DNA of 55,616 nt from a virus (taxonomy: Duplodnaviria; Caudoviricetes): positions 1-55,616 of IMG/VR virus record IMGVR_UViG_3300002098_000043; one strand, given 5' to 3'. Below are positions 10,306-19,518 of this stretch, piece after piece (within the stretch, counting starts at the first letter, position 1; each line of letters begins with the position of its first letter). Below the pieces are notes generated by a model. That model ran no database searches. It was not told the origin of the DNA and was given only the letters and a program-made list of their open reading frames with translations. The position numbers and the translations under genes are program-made.

Positions 10306-11697
10306 TTACTCGTATTTTCCAGTTTGTTGATTGTAATGATATTCAAAACCTCCTTGTAAAACAGTCTCAGGCATATTTTGGGTTGGATTTGGAATATCAA
10401 CTGTTTTATCTGGTTGTGAGAATGTATCAAACAACACCCGCGCTTTTTTATCGTTAGGATCAATAGGCAAAGCATATTTCACTTTTACATAATCTATTGC
10501 CTTACCATCCTTATCAACACCTTGTTCAACACTTGCTTGTCCTTCAAAATCTGAAGTAATACCATCAACGGTAAACCAACCCTGTTTATATATTCCCTGT
10601 TGTTCTGCAATCTCTTTTGGAAGTTTTACAAATCCTGTAACAAATTTATCGCCATTAGCAGAAACAGAGCGTCCATCATAATGAAAATCATGTCCTGTTA
10701 AATCAACTTTTTTACCACTTGTCCCCTGTAAATAAATTGGTGGATTATCCCCCCAAGTTTTACGAGCAGCTTCCTGATTAATATATCCAGCTGGAACTTT
10801 AAATATTTCATCATAAGAACTAAAAGGAATACCTTGACTTTTTCCTGCCGCCTTTTGTCTTGCTAGCCCTAAATGAGCTAATGCAATTTGACGGTTAAAC
10901 AACGCGTTTGGATCGCCAATGCTATAATGCTTTTTAAAGCCAGCCGCGATTTGTGAGCTTACCCAGTCATCCACCGCTTTAGGGTCTGTTATACCCGCTT
11001 TCTGAGCTTCTACGGCTATTTGTCTCGCGTGTTCCTGATACGCTGAATTCTTAATGGCTTTTACATCATTAGGATTAGGGGTTGTCCACCATTCCCCAAT
11101 ATTTTTTCCTTTTTGAACATCGTAATTTTGAATTCCAGCCCCTAAATCCATTAATGCTTTTGGAAGGTTAACAAAGTTCTTTGGCTTGTTGTATACAAAA
11201 GCCATCTTACCATCTTTTTGCGCTGCTTCATAGCCATTCTGATTACCATATTGTAAATAGTTTTTCCATTGTTGTCCAATAGAATTATAAGCATCTGTAT
11301 CGTATGCTTCGGGGTTTTTAGCCACTTCTTGCATATCGGTTACATAAGACTTATAAGCGCCATCAGAAGCCATCCCGCGTAATAAATCAGGATTATCTTT
11401 CAGTTCACGAACCATATTGTTATACTGAGCGCGTTTCTCTACGTTATATGACCAGTCAGGATTTTCGCGTCTGAATTTTCCAATCTTGTAAATTTGATTT
11501 TTAGCATTTTCCTTAACAATACCATAATCGTGTTGGTTCATCACGTTATTATATTGAAGATCATTCGCTAACATAGCACTTTTTGCTTCAGCTTCATTTT
11601 GCGCTGCTTTTAAAGCGTGTTGCCTATAACGTAAATCATTAATTCTTTCAGCGCTCTGGAAGTCCTGAGCTAATCCTAAACTTTCTCCGTACTCCAT
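10306..11697 (-). CDS. Putative virion cargo/ejection protein
   Basis: Between two cargo-type genes; helical, Q/K/A-rich. Confidence 0.55.
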   Translation of the reverse strand: MEYGESLGLAQDFQSAERINDLRYRQHALKAAQNEAEAKSAMLANDLQYNNVMNQHDYGIVKENAKNQIYKIGKFRRENPDWSYNVEKRAQYNNMVRELKDNPDLLRGMASDGAYKSYVTDMQEVAKNPEAYDTDAYNSIGQQWKNYLQYGNQNGYEAAQKDGKMAFVYNKPKNFVNLPKALMDLGAGIQNYDVQKGKNIGEWWTTPNPNDVKAIKNSAYQEHARQIAVEAQKAGITDPKAVDDWVSSQIAAGFKKHYSIGDPNALFNRQIALAHLGLARQKAAGKSQGIPFSSYDEIFKVPAGYINQEAARKTWGDNPPIYLQGTSGKKVDLTGHDFHYDGRSVSANGDKFVTGFVKLPKEIAEQQGIYKQGWFTVDGITSDFEGQASVEQGVDKDGKAIDYVKVKYALPIDPNDKKARVLFDTFSQPDKTVDIPNPTQNMPETVLQGGFEYHYNQQTGKYE

Positions 11698-11699
11698 AA

Positions 11700-14600
11700 T
11701 TAAATATTATAGTATTTATTTTGGTCTTGTTGTGCCGCTAATTCTGAAGCATAACGTCCAGCTCCCACTAAATTAGAAATTCCTTTTCCTAAAAGGACTT
11801 GATTAGCGTATTGATTCTGATTCCATGCGTTTAGTTTGTCTTCAAATAATTGGCGACTCATTCCTGCTTTTTGTAACGACAAATCAGTAGCGTAATTTTG
11901 CTTATCCATCATATAGTTATTACTTGCTACTTTAGCAGCTAATCCTCTACCCCATCCTTCGTTAATAGCGCTACGCTCCATATTAAACGCATTGCCACCA
12001 CTACCACCTGAATAAGCCCTTGCGGATGCCCTTGCTAAATTAGTAGCATTTTGGTTCTCCTGATTTATTTGCGCCCATTGTTCAGGACCAAATCCATAAT
12101 TAGCATTAGCTTGCGCTCTATTTACATTAGCTTGAAAGGTAGGGTCGATTTGACCAACAGGACGTGAACCAGTTTGATTTAAATTCTTTAATCCTAAATT
12201 TATTTGTCCTAACGATGCTGCTGTTTCAACTGCACTTCCGAGCGCTGGTGTCCATGCCGACCATGAGAAATTAGGTTTTTTATTTCCTGTTTCTGCACTT
12301 GTTTCTTCTGCCGCTGGAGAAGTTGTTTTTACATCCGCCATTTTAGTTTGCGGTTTATTTTGTTTGCCGATATAATCAGCCAAAGAATAATCCTGTGGTG
12401 AAACATAGTTTTCGTTTGTTGTTTTATTTTCAGTAGTAGGTTTTGTTTGGTTAACAGTTGTAACTTTTTTAATTCCTGTTGGTGCTTTTGTTATAACTGA
12501 AGCTGTTTTAGGACTAATATTATAATCACGATTTAATTTATCACGTTCAATTCTTATATCCCTTAATCTTGTATCAACTCCTGCTTTTCCTTGATTAGCT
12601 AATAATTGTTTTTCTTCTTTATCAATATCAGCCAAACGTTTCATTGCATTTGGTCTATTGGTTTCTTTACGTTTGTTTTCTTCAATAGCTTTCTTTTCTT
12701 CTGGAGAAATATATCCGCCATCTTTATAGCCAATCATTCCACCATCATATTTACCTGTAAAGTTCTTAGCGAAATTAGCCATCATAATTACATGTTTATC
12801 ATATTTATCTTTATTAGCCATTACATGGTTAGCCGCTTCAGCAACACTCATTTTATGTTCTTTTGCCCATTCTGTAAAACGTCCGCGATGACTCGGTTCA
12901 ATCATTACTGTCCCACCTTCTGCTTTTCCGCCACCTCCAGCGATAAAACCGAAATAATGTTTTTGGGCGGTTGTCAAAGGCTTTCCATTTGCCTGATCAT
13001 CTCTCAACATTGTCTTAGCCTTTTCTGCGGTCAATTCCCCGCCATGCGCCATGTGTAATTTTTCAATCTCATCATATTCGTGTTCTGCAATATCTTCCTT
13101 TCTTTCTGCATTTGGAGCTAATTTTTTAAATACATCTTCTCCTAATTTTTCCTCAACTTTCTCTGCTTCTTTTTTTGAAAATAATACCTCGCCATTACTT
13201 AACTTAACTGGAATTCCGCCACCCTGTTTTAAATTAGCTTTTACACTTGGTGCTTTTTTCAATACAACTTTTCTTATTTCTTTTGCTATATGAGCATTTT
13301 CAACTGGCACAACTTCAGCCCCCTCTTTAATATTAGCATTAATAGAATCGGATTTTCCAGTTCCTTTACCAACAATTTTACCGCCATCTGCGAAACCAAT
13401 TTTATTTTTTATTTTATCTAATGGACTTACTTCTTCTGTTGGGGCTTTTAAATTACTTATATAAGTGCTATTAGTCATTGTTTTACCGATATCCCTATCA
13501 TTGTAAGCATTCTGAAAAGCTTGTTGTCTTTTATCAGCATCCATTTGCATTTGCTGATGATATTTAGCTTGATTAAAGGCATTATCTCTATCTGATTGAC
13601 CATATAAAGCGTTATTAGCAATCCATCCACCACCCGCACCTAAAGGTCCAGCCAATAACCCTAAAACACCTACTCTGCCTAAATCCCTTCCTAAATTGCC
13701 TTGTTTATAAGAATTTAATACATGTTCATGAATTGGGGTTGCAGTTGTATTGATAACATCGCCACTAAAAGTTTTTGGCTTAGAAATCATTTGTCCTGTA
13801 TAAGGATCAACAACTGTGTCTTTATCAACCGCCCCCCTCACTGTTTGTTGTGCTTGATTAGCAATTCCTAACCACCCTAAAGAACCTTGTACTTTTTGAC
13901 CTAAATTCCTTTTATCTGTTGGCGAATCTACATTTTGTTTATTATTTTGTTGTGTCGTTAAAGGATAATCGCCTTGTGCCTGAAATTCAGTGCCATTAAC
14001 TTTTAATTGATTATTAGCAGATATTGGGTTATTAGGGTCATATACATCGCCGCCATTATCATATCCTAATTTTTTAATTCCTTTAGGAGCTTTAGTAATC
14101 TTACCGCCAGCTTTAAAAGTAGGAGAAGTAATTGCTACATTAGCATCTCTTTTTTTTAATTCAGTTGTAGGCAGCTTATTAATATCCATAAGTCCAGTAT
14201 TAATCCCTTGACTTGATTTATCAAATCCTTGAGTGTTTAATCCCTGAGATGTGTTTTCCTGAAATTTATTACCAGTCATTTCAACTGGATTTTGACTATT
14301 ATCTAATTGAGTAGATACAGAATTTTTATTAATATCATTACTCATTATAGCGGTTTGACCCAAATTTTCAGGAGTAAAATCTGCTTGAGTTTTACCTGTA
14401 AATATTGGATTATAGCCTTTATCATTAAAGTGTTTAGTTAAATCATCCGCAGGTCCTAAATCAGCGCCAATAGGTCCTTTAGTCGAGTCATTATTAAACG
14501 CGCGAACTGTTGCTCCCGACATCCCTGATCCGTTTTTTAAATCAGGATAAGAAATAGTGTAATAATTACCATAATCATTTCTCTTTTCTTCTCCCCTTGC

Positions 14601-14972
14601 AGATACATCTGTATTAACACCAACCTTTGGAGGCACTGTAGGAGGGCTTTCTTTTAAATGAACTATTTCTTGATTATAAGTATCCGTTGGTTTAGTTTCT
14701 GTACGTGGTGTAGGGCGCGGCTTTTGAGGCGCTCCTGTACCAGTGCTAACACCTGTTTTTGCAGCCGTCTTATTAAGAGATGGAGGCGTTACTCTTTTTG
14801 GAGCTGAAGCTTCGCTTTCTTTATAATAATAAACCTTACCGTCTTTTACATCTTTTTTGTAACCTTCTGACAAAAGCTGTTCTTCAGTTTTATCAACTTG
14901 TTTGCTTTTTGTATAATCTAACGGTCTTTTTGGTTTGCCACCATCCTGATAGCCAATTCTTGGAGCTTTCAT
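11700..14972 (-). CDS. crAss-like cargo protein (gp45-like)
   Basis: Repeated (Y/F)xxGG motifs, IEPSHRGRFT...ANFAKN motif, low-complexity segments; follows the muzzle gene. Confidence 0.6.
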   Translation of the reverse strand: MKAPRIGYQDGGKPKRPLDYTKSKQVDKTEEQLLSEGYKKDVKDGKVYYYKESEASAPKRVTPPSLNKTAAKTGVSTGTGAPQKPRPTPRTETKPTDTYNQEIVHLKESPPTVPPKVGVNTDVSARGEEKRNDYGNYYTISYPDLKNGSGMSGATVRAFNNDSTKGPIGADLGPADDLTKHFNDKGYNPIFTGKTQADFTPENLGQTAIMSNDINKNSVSTQLDNSQNPVEMTGNKFQENTSQGLNTQGFDKSSQGINTGLMDINKLPTTELKKRDANVAITSPTFKAGGKITKAPKGIKKLGYDNGGDVYDPNNPISANNQLKVNGTEFQAQGDYPLTTQQNNKQNVDSPTDKRNLGQKVQGSLGWLGIANQAQQTVRGAVDKDTVVDPYTGQMISKPKTFSGDVINTTATPIHEHVLNSYKQGNLGRDLGRVGVLGLLAGPLGAGGGWIANNALYGQSDRDNAFNQAKYHQQMQMDADKRQQAFQNAYNDRDIGKTMTNSTYISNLKAPTEEVSPLDKIKNKIGFADGGKIVGKGTGKSDSINANIKEGAEVVPVENAHIAKEIRKVVLKKAPSVKANLKQGGGIPVKLSNGEVLFSKKEAEKVEEKLGEDVFKKLAPNAERKEDIAEHEYDEIEKLHMAHGGELTAEKAKTMLRDDQANGKPLTTAQKHYFGFIAGGGGKAEGGTVMIEPSHRGRFTEWAKEHKMSVAEAANHVMANKDKYDKHVIMMANFAKNFTGKYDGGMIGYKDGGYISPEEKKAIEENKRKETNRPNAMKRLADIDKEEKQLLANQGKAGVDTRLRDIRIERDKLNRDYNISPKTASVITKAPTGIKKVTTVNQTKPTTENKTTNENYVSPQDYSLADYIGKQNKPQTKMADVKTTSPAAEETSAETGNKKPNFSWSAWTPALGSAVETAASLGQINLGLKNLNQTGSRPVGQIDPTFQANVNRAQANANYGFGPEQWAQINQENQNATNLARASARAYSGGSGGNAFNMERSAINEGWGRGLAAKVASNNYMMDKQNYATDLSLQKAGMSRQLFEDKLNAWNQNQYANQVLLGKGISNLVGAGRYASELAAQQDQNKYYNI

Positions 14973-14991
14973 TTGCTATATGATTTTGGTA

Positions 14992-14999
14992 TAAATATA
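14992..14999 (-). promoter_or_regulatory. Bacteroidota-type -7 box (TATATTTA) for cargo operon
   Basis: About 20 nt upstream of start 14972; variant of TAnnTTTG. Confidence 0.45.
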
Positions 15000-15023
15000 G
15001 CAAAAGTTATATTATCATTATGA

Positions 15024-15641
15024 TTAATTTTTCACAATTCTATTCCCACAAAGCTCACTCGTACAATAGCCGCCTTTATAAGAAATATGAACCCCGTGTG
15101 CCCTGTCTAACGGAATCAACATGGCTGCATTATGTAACGGTTCATCTTTTAATAAATTAAAAGCAGTTAAAGAAGCTGTTTCAGACATATTTTCAATGGT
15201 CCCATGTACCCATGCTCCCCATGAACAATTTTCACTTGTGCCAAATGTTTTTGTGTCACAAACGTAATCCATTCTGTCCTTAGTTTCTTCTCCAGTAAAA
15301 TGAGCTGTATTTCTAATTTCAGCGTGCATTAAATGAGTTTTATTATAACTCATCCACATATTATGATTCATTGCCATAATATAAAGTGTATCACTCCATC
15401 TTAACTCACAAATACCTTTAGATTTTCTGTATTCATTAAGCTTTTTATGAAACTTCTTAGCTGTTAATAATTCAAGTCTTGAAACAGAGTCTGTTCGGTT
15501 CATTATAATTGGAATATCCCACACTTTATACACCTGTCCAGTACATTTTGAAGCAATTAATAAAAAAGCTATTGAAAACAATAACACAATTATAATTGTT
15601 CTTCCATCACGCTTAGGGTCTTTTTGCAAGTCTAAATACAT
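15024..15641 (-). CDS. Secreted/membrane-anchored CAP (SCP) domain protein
   Basis: N-terminal hydrophobic helix; LNEYRK..G..L.W..L..A.NH..M...H...R...EN...PLH..AM pattern of CAP domains. Confidence 0.75.
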   Translation of the reverse strand: MYLDLQKDPKRDGRTIIIVLLFSIAFLLIASKCTGQVYKVWDIPIIMNRTDSVSRLELLTAKKFHKKLNEYRKSKGICELRWSDTLYIMAMNHNMWMSYNKTHLMHAEIRNTAHFTGEETKDRMDYVCDTKTFGTSENCSWGAWVHGTIENMSETASLTAFNLLKDEPLHNAAMLIPLDRAHGVHISYKGGYCTSELCGNRIVKN

Positions 15642-15659
15642 AAGTTTTTATTTTTAAAG

Positions 15660-16532
15660 TTAAACATTTATTGATTTATTTAGAATTATTTCAAACAAAT
15701 TATCTGTTTTTCTGTAATTATACCTAAAACAAAATTCATTAATATAATTAGCCAAATATCGTCCTGAAATTTGATGAAACTGTCCATAAATACCTCTTTT
15801 TAATATTGCCCAAAATCCTTCAATACTATTTGTATAGAATCCATTTTTAGAAAATATACCTTGTTGATGATTAACTACTTTGTGTTTATATTCATCCTCT
15901 AAACCTTTATAACCGCCAAATCCATCAGTAACAATTGTAGACCCTTTTAAAATATATCCTTTTATAAACGGGTGTAAAGATTCTTGCGAAGGCGTTTCGC
16001 TCATTATAAAACAAGCCACTTTTCCGCCTTGTTCCAACATTCCTAATATTGGTGTTTTATTTACATATCCCCGTCCTTTTTTATTATGAATATCCCGTTG
16101 CCATTTATGTTGATTAGAAACATCTGGACCATGAAAATATTCATCCATTTGAACAATTCCACTTAAATAATCTATTTTTTCAATAAAAGCTTTACGAATT
16201 CTCATAAGCATAAACCAAGCTGTGTTTTTATTTATTTTAAGTTCTCTTGATAACTGCATAGCGCTAATGCCTTTTTTAGCATTAACCACTGTAGAAATAG
16301 CTAAAAACCACTTTCTAAGATCACATTTAGTATTGTGAAATATGGTATTAATGGTTACACTAAATGTTTTATTACAAGAATTACAATGATGCCGTAATTC
16401 TTTTTTCGCGGATGAAATTTTAACTGATTGACAATAAGGGCATATAGGCTTATTATTCCAACGAATCTTCTCTAAATACTTAATACAGTGTTTTTCTGTT
16501 TTAAAAGTTTCATATATTTGCAGTATATTCAT
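15660..16532 (-). CDS. IS1595-family (ISXO2-like) DDE transposase, intact
   Basis: Zn ribbon CPYC...CNSC, HTH, DEYF, TDGFGGY, NSIEGFW..LKR, YINEFCFRYN motifs. Confidence 0.93.
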   Translation of the reverse strand: MNILQIYETFKTEKHCIKYLEKIRWNNKPICPYCQSVKISSAKKELRHHCNSCNKTFSVTINTIFHNTKCDLRKWFLAISTVVNAKKGISAMQLSRELKINKNTAWFMLMRIRKAFIEKIDYLSGIVQMDEYFHGPDVSNQHKWQRDIHNKKGRGYVNKTPILGMLEQGGKVACFIMSETPSQESLHPFIKGYILKGSTIVTDGFGGYKGLEDEYKHKVVNHQQGIFSKNGFYTNSIEGFWAILKRGIYGQFHQISGRYLANYINEFCFRYNYRKTDNLFEIILNKSINV

Positions 16533-16550
16533 TTGTTATCGGTTTTATAG

Positions 16551-16578
16551 TATAACGAATGAGTATTAAAAAGGTTAC
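16551..16578 (-). promoter_or_regulatory. ECF-sigma-like promoter GTAACC-N15-CGTTATA upstream of transposase
   Basis: Same motif at 48711-48741, 49798-49826 and 3899-3930. Confidence 0.5.
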
Positions 16579-16697
16579 TAAATTTTATAACTTTTAACTA
16601 TTTTAACAAATATGGGAACTTCCCACCTACAGGTAGAGACTGAAGCTAAATTTATTGATTTTGCGGGCTCATGCTTGAAATAGTGGAAGGCTTATGA

Positions 16698-16934
16698 TTG
16701 GAATTTGAGAAAGATTCACTAGGTCGAAAAATAACAACAGGTAAATTTATTTATTCTTTAAGCAAAGAATTAGAGGCTAAGTTAAATGAAGTATTAGAAA
16801 CTCATTATAAATCCTCTCCATTTACCATAAATGAAATTAGATTTAAAGTTCATACTGATGAATCTGGTAAATTAATATCTACTGCAAGTGTTGATGTTGG
16901 ATTAATTGGTTATGATCCAAAGAAAAAAGACTAA
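16698..16934 (+). CDS. Cassette hypothetical protein (start uncertain)
   Basis: TTG start directly preceded by in-frame TGA; in-frame ATG at 16671. Confidence 0.45.
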   Translation: MEFEKDSLGRKITTGKFIYSLSKELEAKLNEVLETHYKSSPFTINEIRFKVHTDESGKLISTASVDVGLIGYDPKKKD

Positions 16935-17161
16935 ACACATTTCTTAAATGAAGACTCAAATACATTTAAAAGCATCTTTTGTTCAAAGCCAAATTCATCA
17001 TCTTCAAATTTTACATATATTTCCAATATACCATCTACAATTTCAGAAACAACATCAATAACATTTCTTTTTTCAAAATGATTACCAATAATATTTTCAT
17101 AACAACCTTTAAGTTCTTGCTTCTTAATAAAAACTGTTTTTATTATTTCTTGATCTTTCAT
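16931..17161 (-). CDS. Cassette hypothetical protein
   Basis: TATATTTA box 4 nt before the ATG; converges on upstream ORF. Confidence 0.6.
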   Translation of the reverse strand: MKDQEIIKTVFIKKQELKGCYENIIGNHFEKRNVIDVVSEIVDGILEIYVKFEDDEFGFEQKMLLNVFESSFKKCV

Positions 17162-17180
17162 ACACTAAATATACTAAACA

Positions 17181-17375
17181 ATGAAAAATAAGCACCTACA
17201 GGTAGAGAATAACCAATTAATTTCTGATAATAAAGAACTTAAAAAGCTTTACAATGAATTTATTTCTAAATGTAAGGAGTTTGATTTAAAATACGGGTCG
17301 GTGGATACAGCAAAGAAAATGATGGAATTTAAAGGTAAATGTGTTCTATTAATAGATAGGTCTATTATTAAATAG
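17181..17375 (+). CDS. Cassette hypothetical protein whose N-terminus (HLQVE) is encoded by the repeat site
   Basis: aaacaATG context; cacctacaggtagaga in codons 5-10. Confidence 0.55.
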   Translation: MKNKHLQVENNQLISDNKELKKLYNEFISKCKEFDLKYGSVDTAKKMMEFKGKCVLLIDRSIIK

Positions 17376-18003
17376 TTTTTTGATACTTTTTGCTAAAATC
17401 CTCCAATGATATAAAATTATAATCATCATCGTCCCTTAATTCTATAAAATATACATTATATTTTAGTGCGGGATGAGACAAAGCGTAACTTTCATAATGG
17501 TCAATCATATCCATGTCAATTGCATTAACTAATCCCATTACTGGTAATACTATAACTCTTTCTATATAAATAGGTTCGTTTTCGTTTAAAAACAAAACCT
17601 CTGTTTCTTCATGTTTTATGTATTTATCAAGTAACTCTAAAGCCTCTATATTTTTCATACCATAAAAATAGGCTTTTTTTTCCTTTTCTAGCTCTTTAAG
17701 TTCCTTACTATACTTTATACTAAGACTTTTTATAAGATTTTCTCGCTCTGCTTTTGTTTTATCCACCACAACTCCTACCATATTCTCCTTCTCATACTTA
17801 TATTCTTCAAATTCTCTTTTTAAAAGCAAATGTTCAATGGATAAATCATGTAATCTGTTTTCTTTTTCTAATAATTCCTTTTGACGATAAGCTTTTCTTT
17901 CAAACACAGCAAAAATTATTTGAATTAACTTATATAATAAAAATCCACCTACTATTAAAACTATCCCTCCTATATTCCCACTTAAAACAAACAACATTGT
18001 CAA
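17368..18003 (-). CDS. Membrane-anchored coiled-coil protein
   Basis: N-terminal TM segment followed by E/K-rich helix. Confidence 0.7.
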   Translation of the reverse strand: MTMLFVLSGNIGGIVLIVGGFLLYKLIQIIFAVFERKAYRQKELLEKENRLHDLSIEHLLLKREFEEYKYEKENMVGVVVDKTKAERENLIKSLSIKYSKELKELEKEKKAYFYGMKNIEALELLDKYIKHEETEVLFLNENEPIYIERVIVLPVMGLVNAIDMDMIDHYESYALSHPALKYNVYFIELRDDDDYNFISLEDFSKKYQKTI

Positions 18004-18013
18004 TGTTTTTAAT

Positions 18014-18604
18014 TTATTTTTCTACTTTTTCGGGATGAGTTATTACATTATTTTTATAAAGTCCATTTAATGCTTTGTTAAAAAATTTAATAGTTAATGG
18101 TCTTGCGCGTTTACTATAAAGCCCATCAGAAAATACTTTTCCATTAATCTTTACAAATGGATTGTCTTTACCTATATCGTATAAAAACATCGTAAAAAAC
18201 ATATTTACCATATTGCCACCGCCTGAAAATATCATTGTATTTCCAATGTTATAAGCGCTAAATGAATTATTAGAAATTGGCGCGTTAACCGACTGAATAT
18301 CTACAACAGCCATCATATCGATTTGCTTCTCTTTTAAGACCTTTTCTATTTCTTCTGAAGAATATTGCCGTATGGCTGGAAATAATGAATTATAACTAAT
18401 GGTATTATATCCCCGATTAGTTAATATTTCAATAATAGCATCATTAACGCGCCCATCCGCATTAGTTTTAAATAAGATATTTTTATAGATTTTTGCCGTA
18501 TGCGTAGGATCAGCTTCCATATAAATATCATTCGCGAGTTTTGTTTGAGAATGGTTAACTAACCAAATAAACATTAGTAATAAAACACAATGTATTTTAT
18601 TCAT
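18014..18604 (-). CDS. Secreted/periplasmic hypothetical protein
   Basis: Signal-peptide-like N-terminus ending ...NHSQ. Confidence 0.7.
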   Translation of the reverse strand: MNKIHCVLLLMFIWLVNHSQTKLANDIYMEADPTHTAKIYKNILFKTNADGRVNDAIIEILTNRGYNTISYNSLFPAIRQYSSEEIEKVLKEKQIDMMAVVDIQSVNAPISNNSFSAYNIGNTMIFSGGGNMVNMFFTMFLYDIGKDNPFVKINGKVFSDGLYSKRARPLTIKFFNKALNGLYKNNVITHPEKVEK

Positions 18605-18850
18605 TTTGACAGGTTTTTATGTCACTAATGTTCCGAATGGACGTTATTAAATAATCAGGCGTGGAACATTTAGAATACTTGTTGCCGAGGTGTTTCGAAT
18701 ACCCACAAATCAAATAAACTAAAGTCCACGCCCTTTTCTGGCGCAAGACGCATAGCTAGTTGTGATCTGTGTGGTTGGAATTTTTCGAAACTTTCGGCAA
18801 CCAAGCAAAACTAACGCTTGCAATTTTATACCAATAACTTAAGTATCAAT
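18605..18850 (-). ncRNA. Structured 5' leader / cis-regulatory RNA
   Basis: Long stem 18678-18699 / 18784-18805; alternative pairing 18658-18667 / 18724-18732; TATATTTG promoter at 18852-18859. Confidence 0.55.
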
Positions 18851-18941
18851 ACAAATATAGTCAAAAAGTTATTGTTTCTTGAAACCTTTTTATAGGGGAA
18901 AACACCCTATTCCTATCTGTTAAATTGGGTATATTTAATGT

Positions 18942-19181
18942 ATGAATGAAACGTTAGCAAATAGACTAGTTGGAATATTGAAAAAGTCCGACTTAATAGG
19001 AAAAAGTTTTTACAATAAATCTCAAATGGATGAAAAAACAATTAGTGACTTTGAAACAAGCCAAAAAGCAAATTCAGAAGAATGGGCTATTTATGTTATT
19101 TGTGGTGAAGAAATTGAATTGGGAAATATTCCAAGAATAGAGTTAAATGTTTTATTTTCTACTTATTCCGAACTTTCGTAG
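18942..19181 (+). CDS. Cassette hypothetical protein
   Basis: TATATTTA box just before ATG. Confidence 0.6.
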   Translation: MNETLANRLVGILKKSDLIGKSFYNKSQMDEKTISDFETSQKANSEEWAIYVICGEEIELGNIPRIELNVLFSTYSELS

Positions 19182-19398
19182 GCTCTATAAGCAAATAACT
19201 TATATCATTTACTATTGTTACTTTAATGTGACGTTCTGATAAAAATCCTGTTTCAACTTTCATATAAATAGCAGGATATTTATATTTAGCTGTTTTATAA
19301 TATTTAGATAAAACCTTGTTAAGGTCTTTTTCAAGTTTATCCTTAATGCTTTTAATCTCTTTAGCTGGAACTCTATTTGGATTTAATTCTTTTGCCAA
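19159..19398 (-). CDS. Cassette basic hypothetical protein
   Basis: TTG start; converges on 18942..19181. Confidence 0.5.
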   Translation of the reverse strand: MAKELNPNRVPAKEIKSIKDKLEKDLNKVLSKYYKTAKYKYPAIYMKVETGFLSERHIKVTIVNDISYLLIEPTKVRNK

Positions 19399-19518
19399 TT
19401 TGAGCGGAACTCTTAACCATTCTTTAAATAATGATTATTTTCACTACCTGTAGCTAAGAAGTTCCCAATTTTCATAAACAAATATAATCAATAAAAATAT
19501 TCATCCGAAAAATTTTTG

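Larger units (their letters stand above)
16613..19467. mobile_element. Inverted-repeat-bounded passenger cassette adjacent to IS1595 transposase
   Basis: TGGGAACTTC-ccac-CTACAGGTAG at 16613-16636 and its imperfect inverse (TGGGAACTTC-ttag-CTACAGGTAG) at 19444-19467; internal 16-bp direct copy at 17193-17208; no target duplication seen. Confidence 0.65.

Noticed and set aside
16671-16697. TGA readthrough extending ORF 16698..16934
   Set aside because: Single instance; a nonsense mutation or TTG start is simpler
16605-19485. aacaaatat on both sides of the cassette as a target-site duplication
   Set aside because: The right copy is offset about 10 bp from the repeat and is the common TATATTTG promoter box
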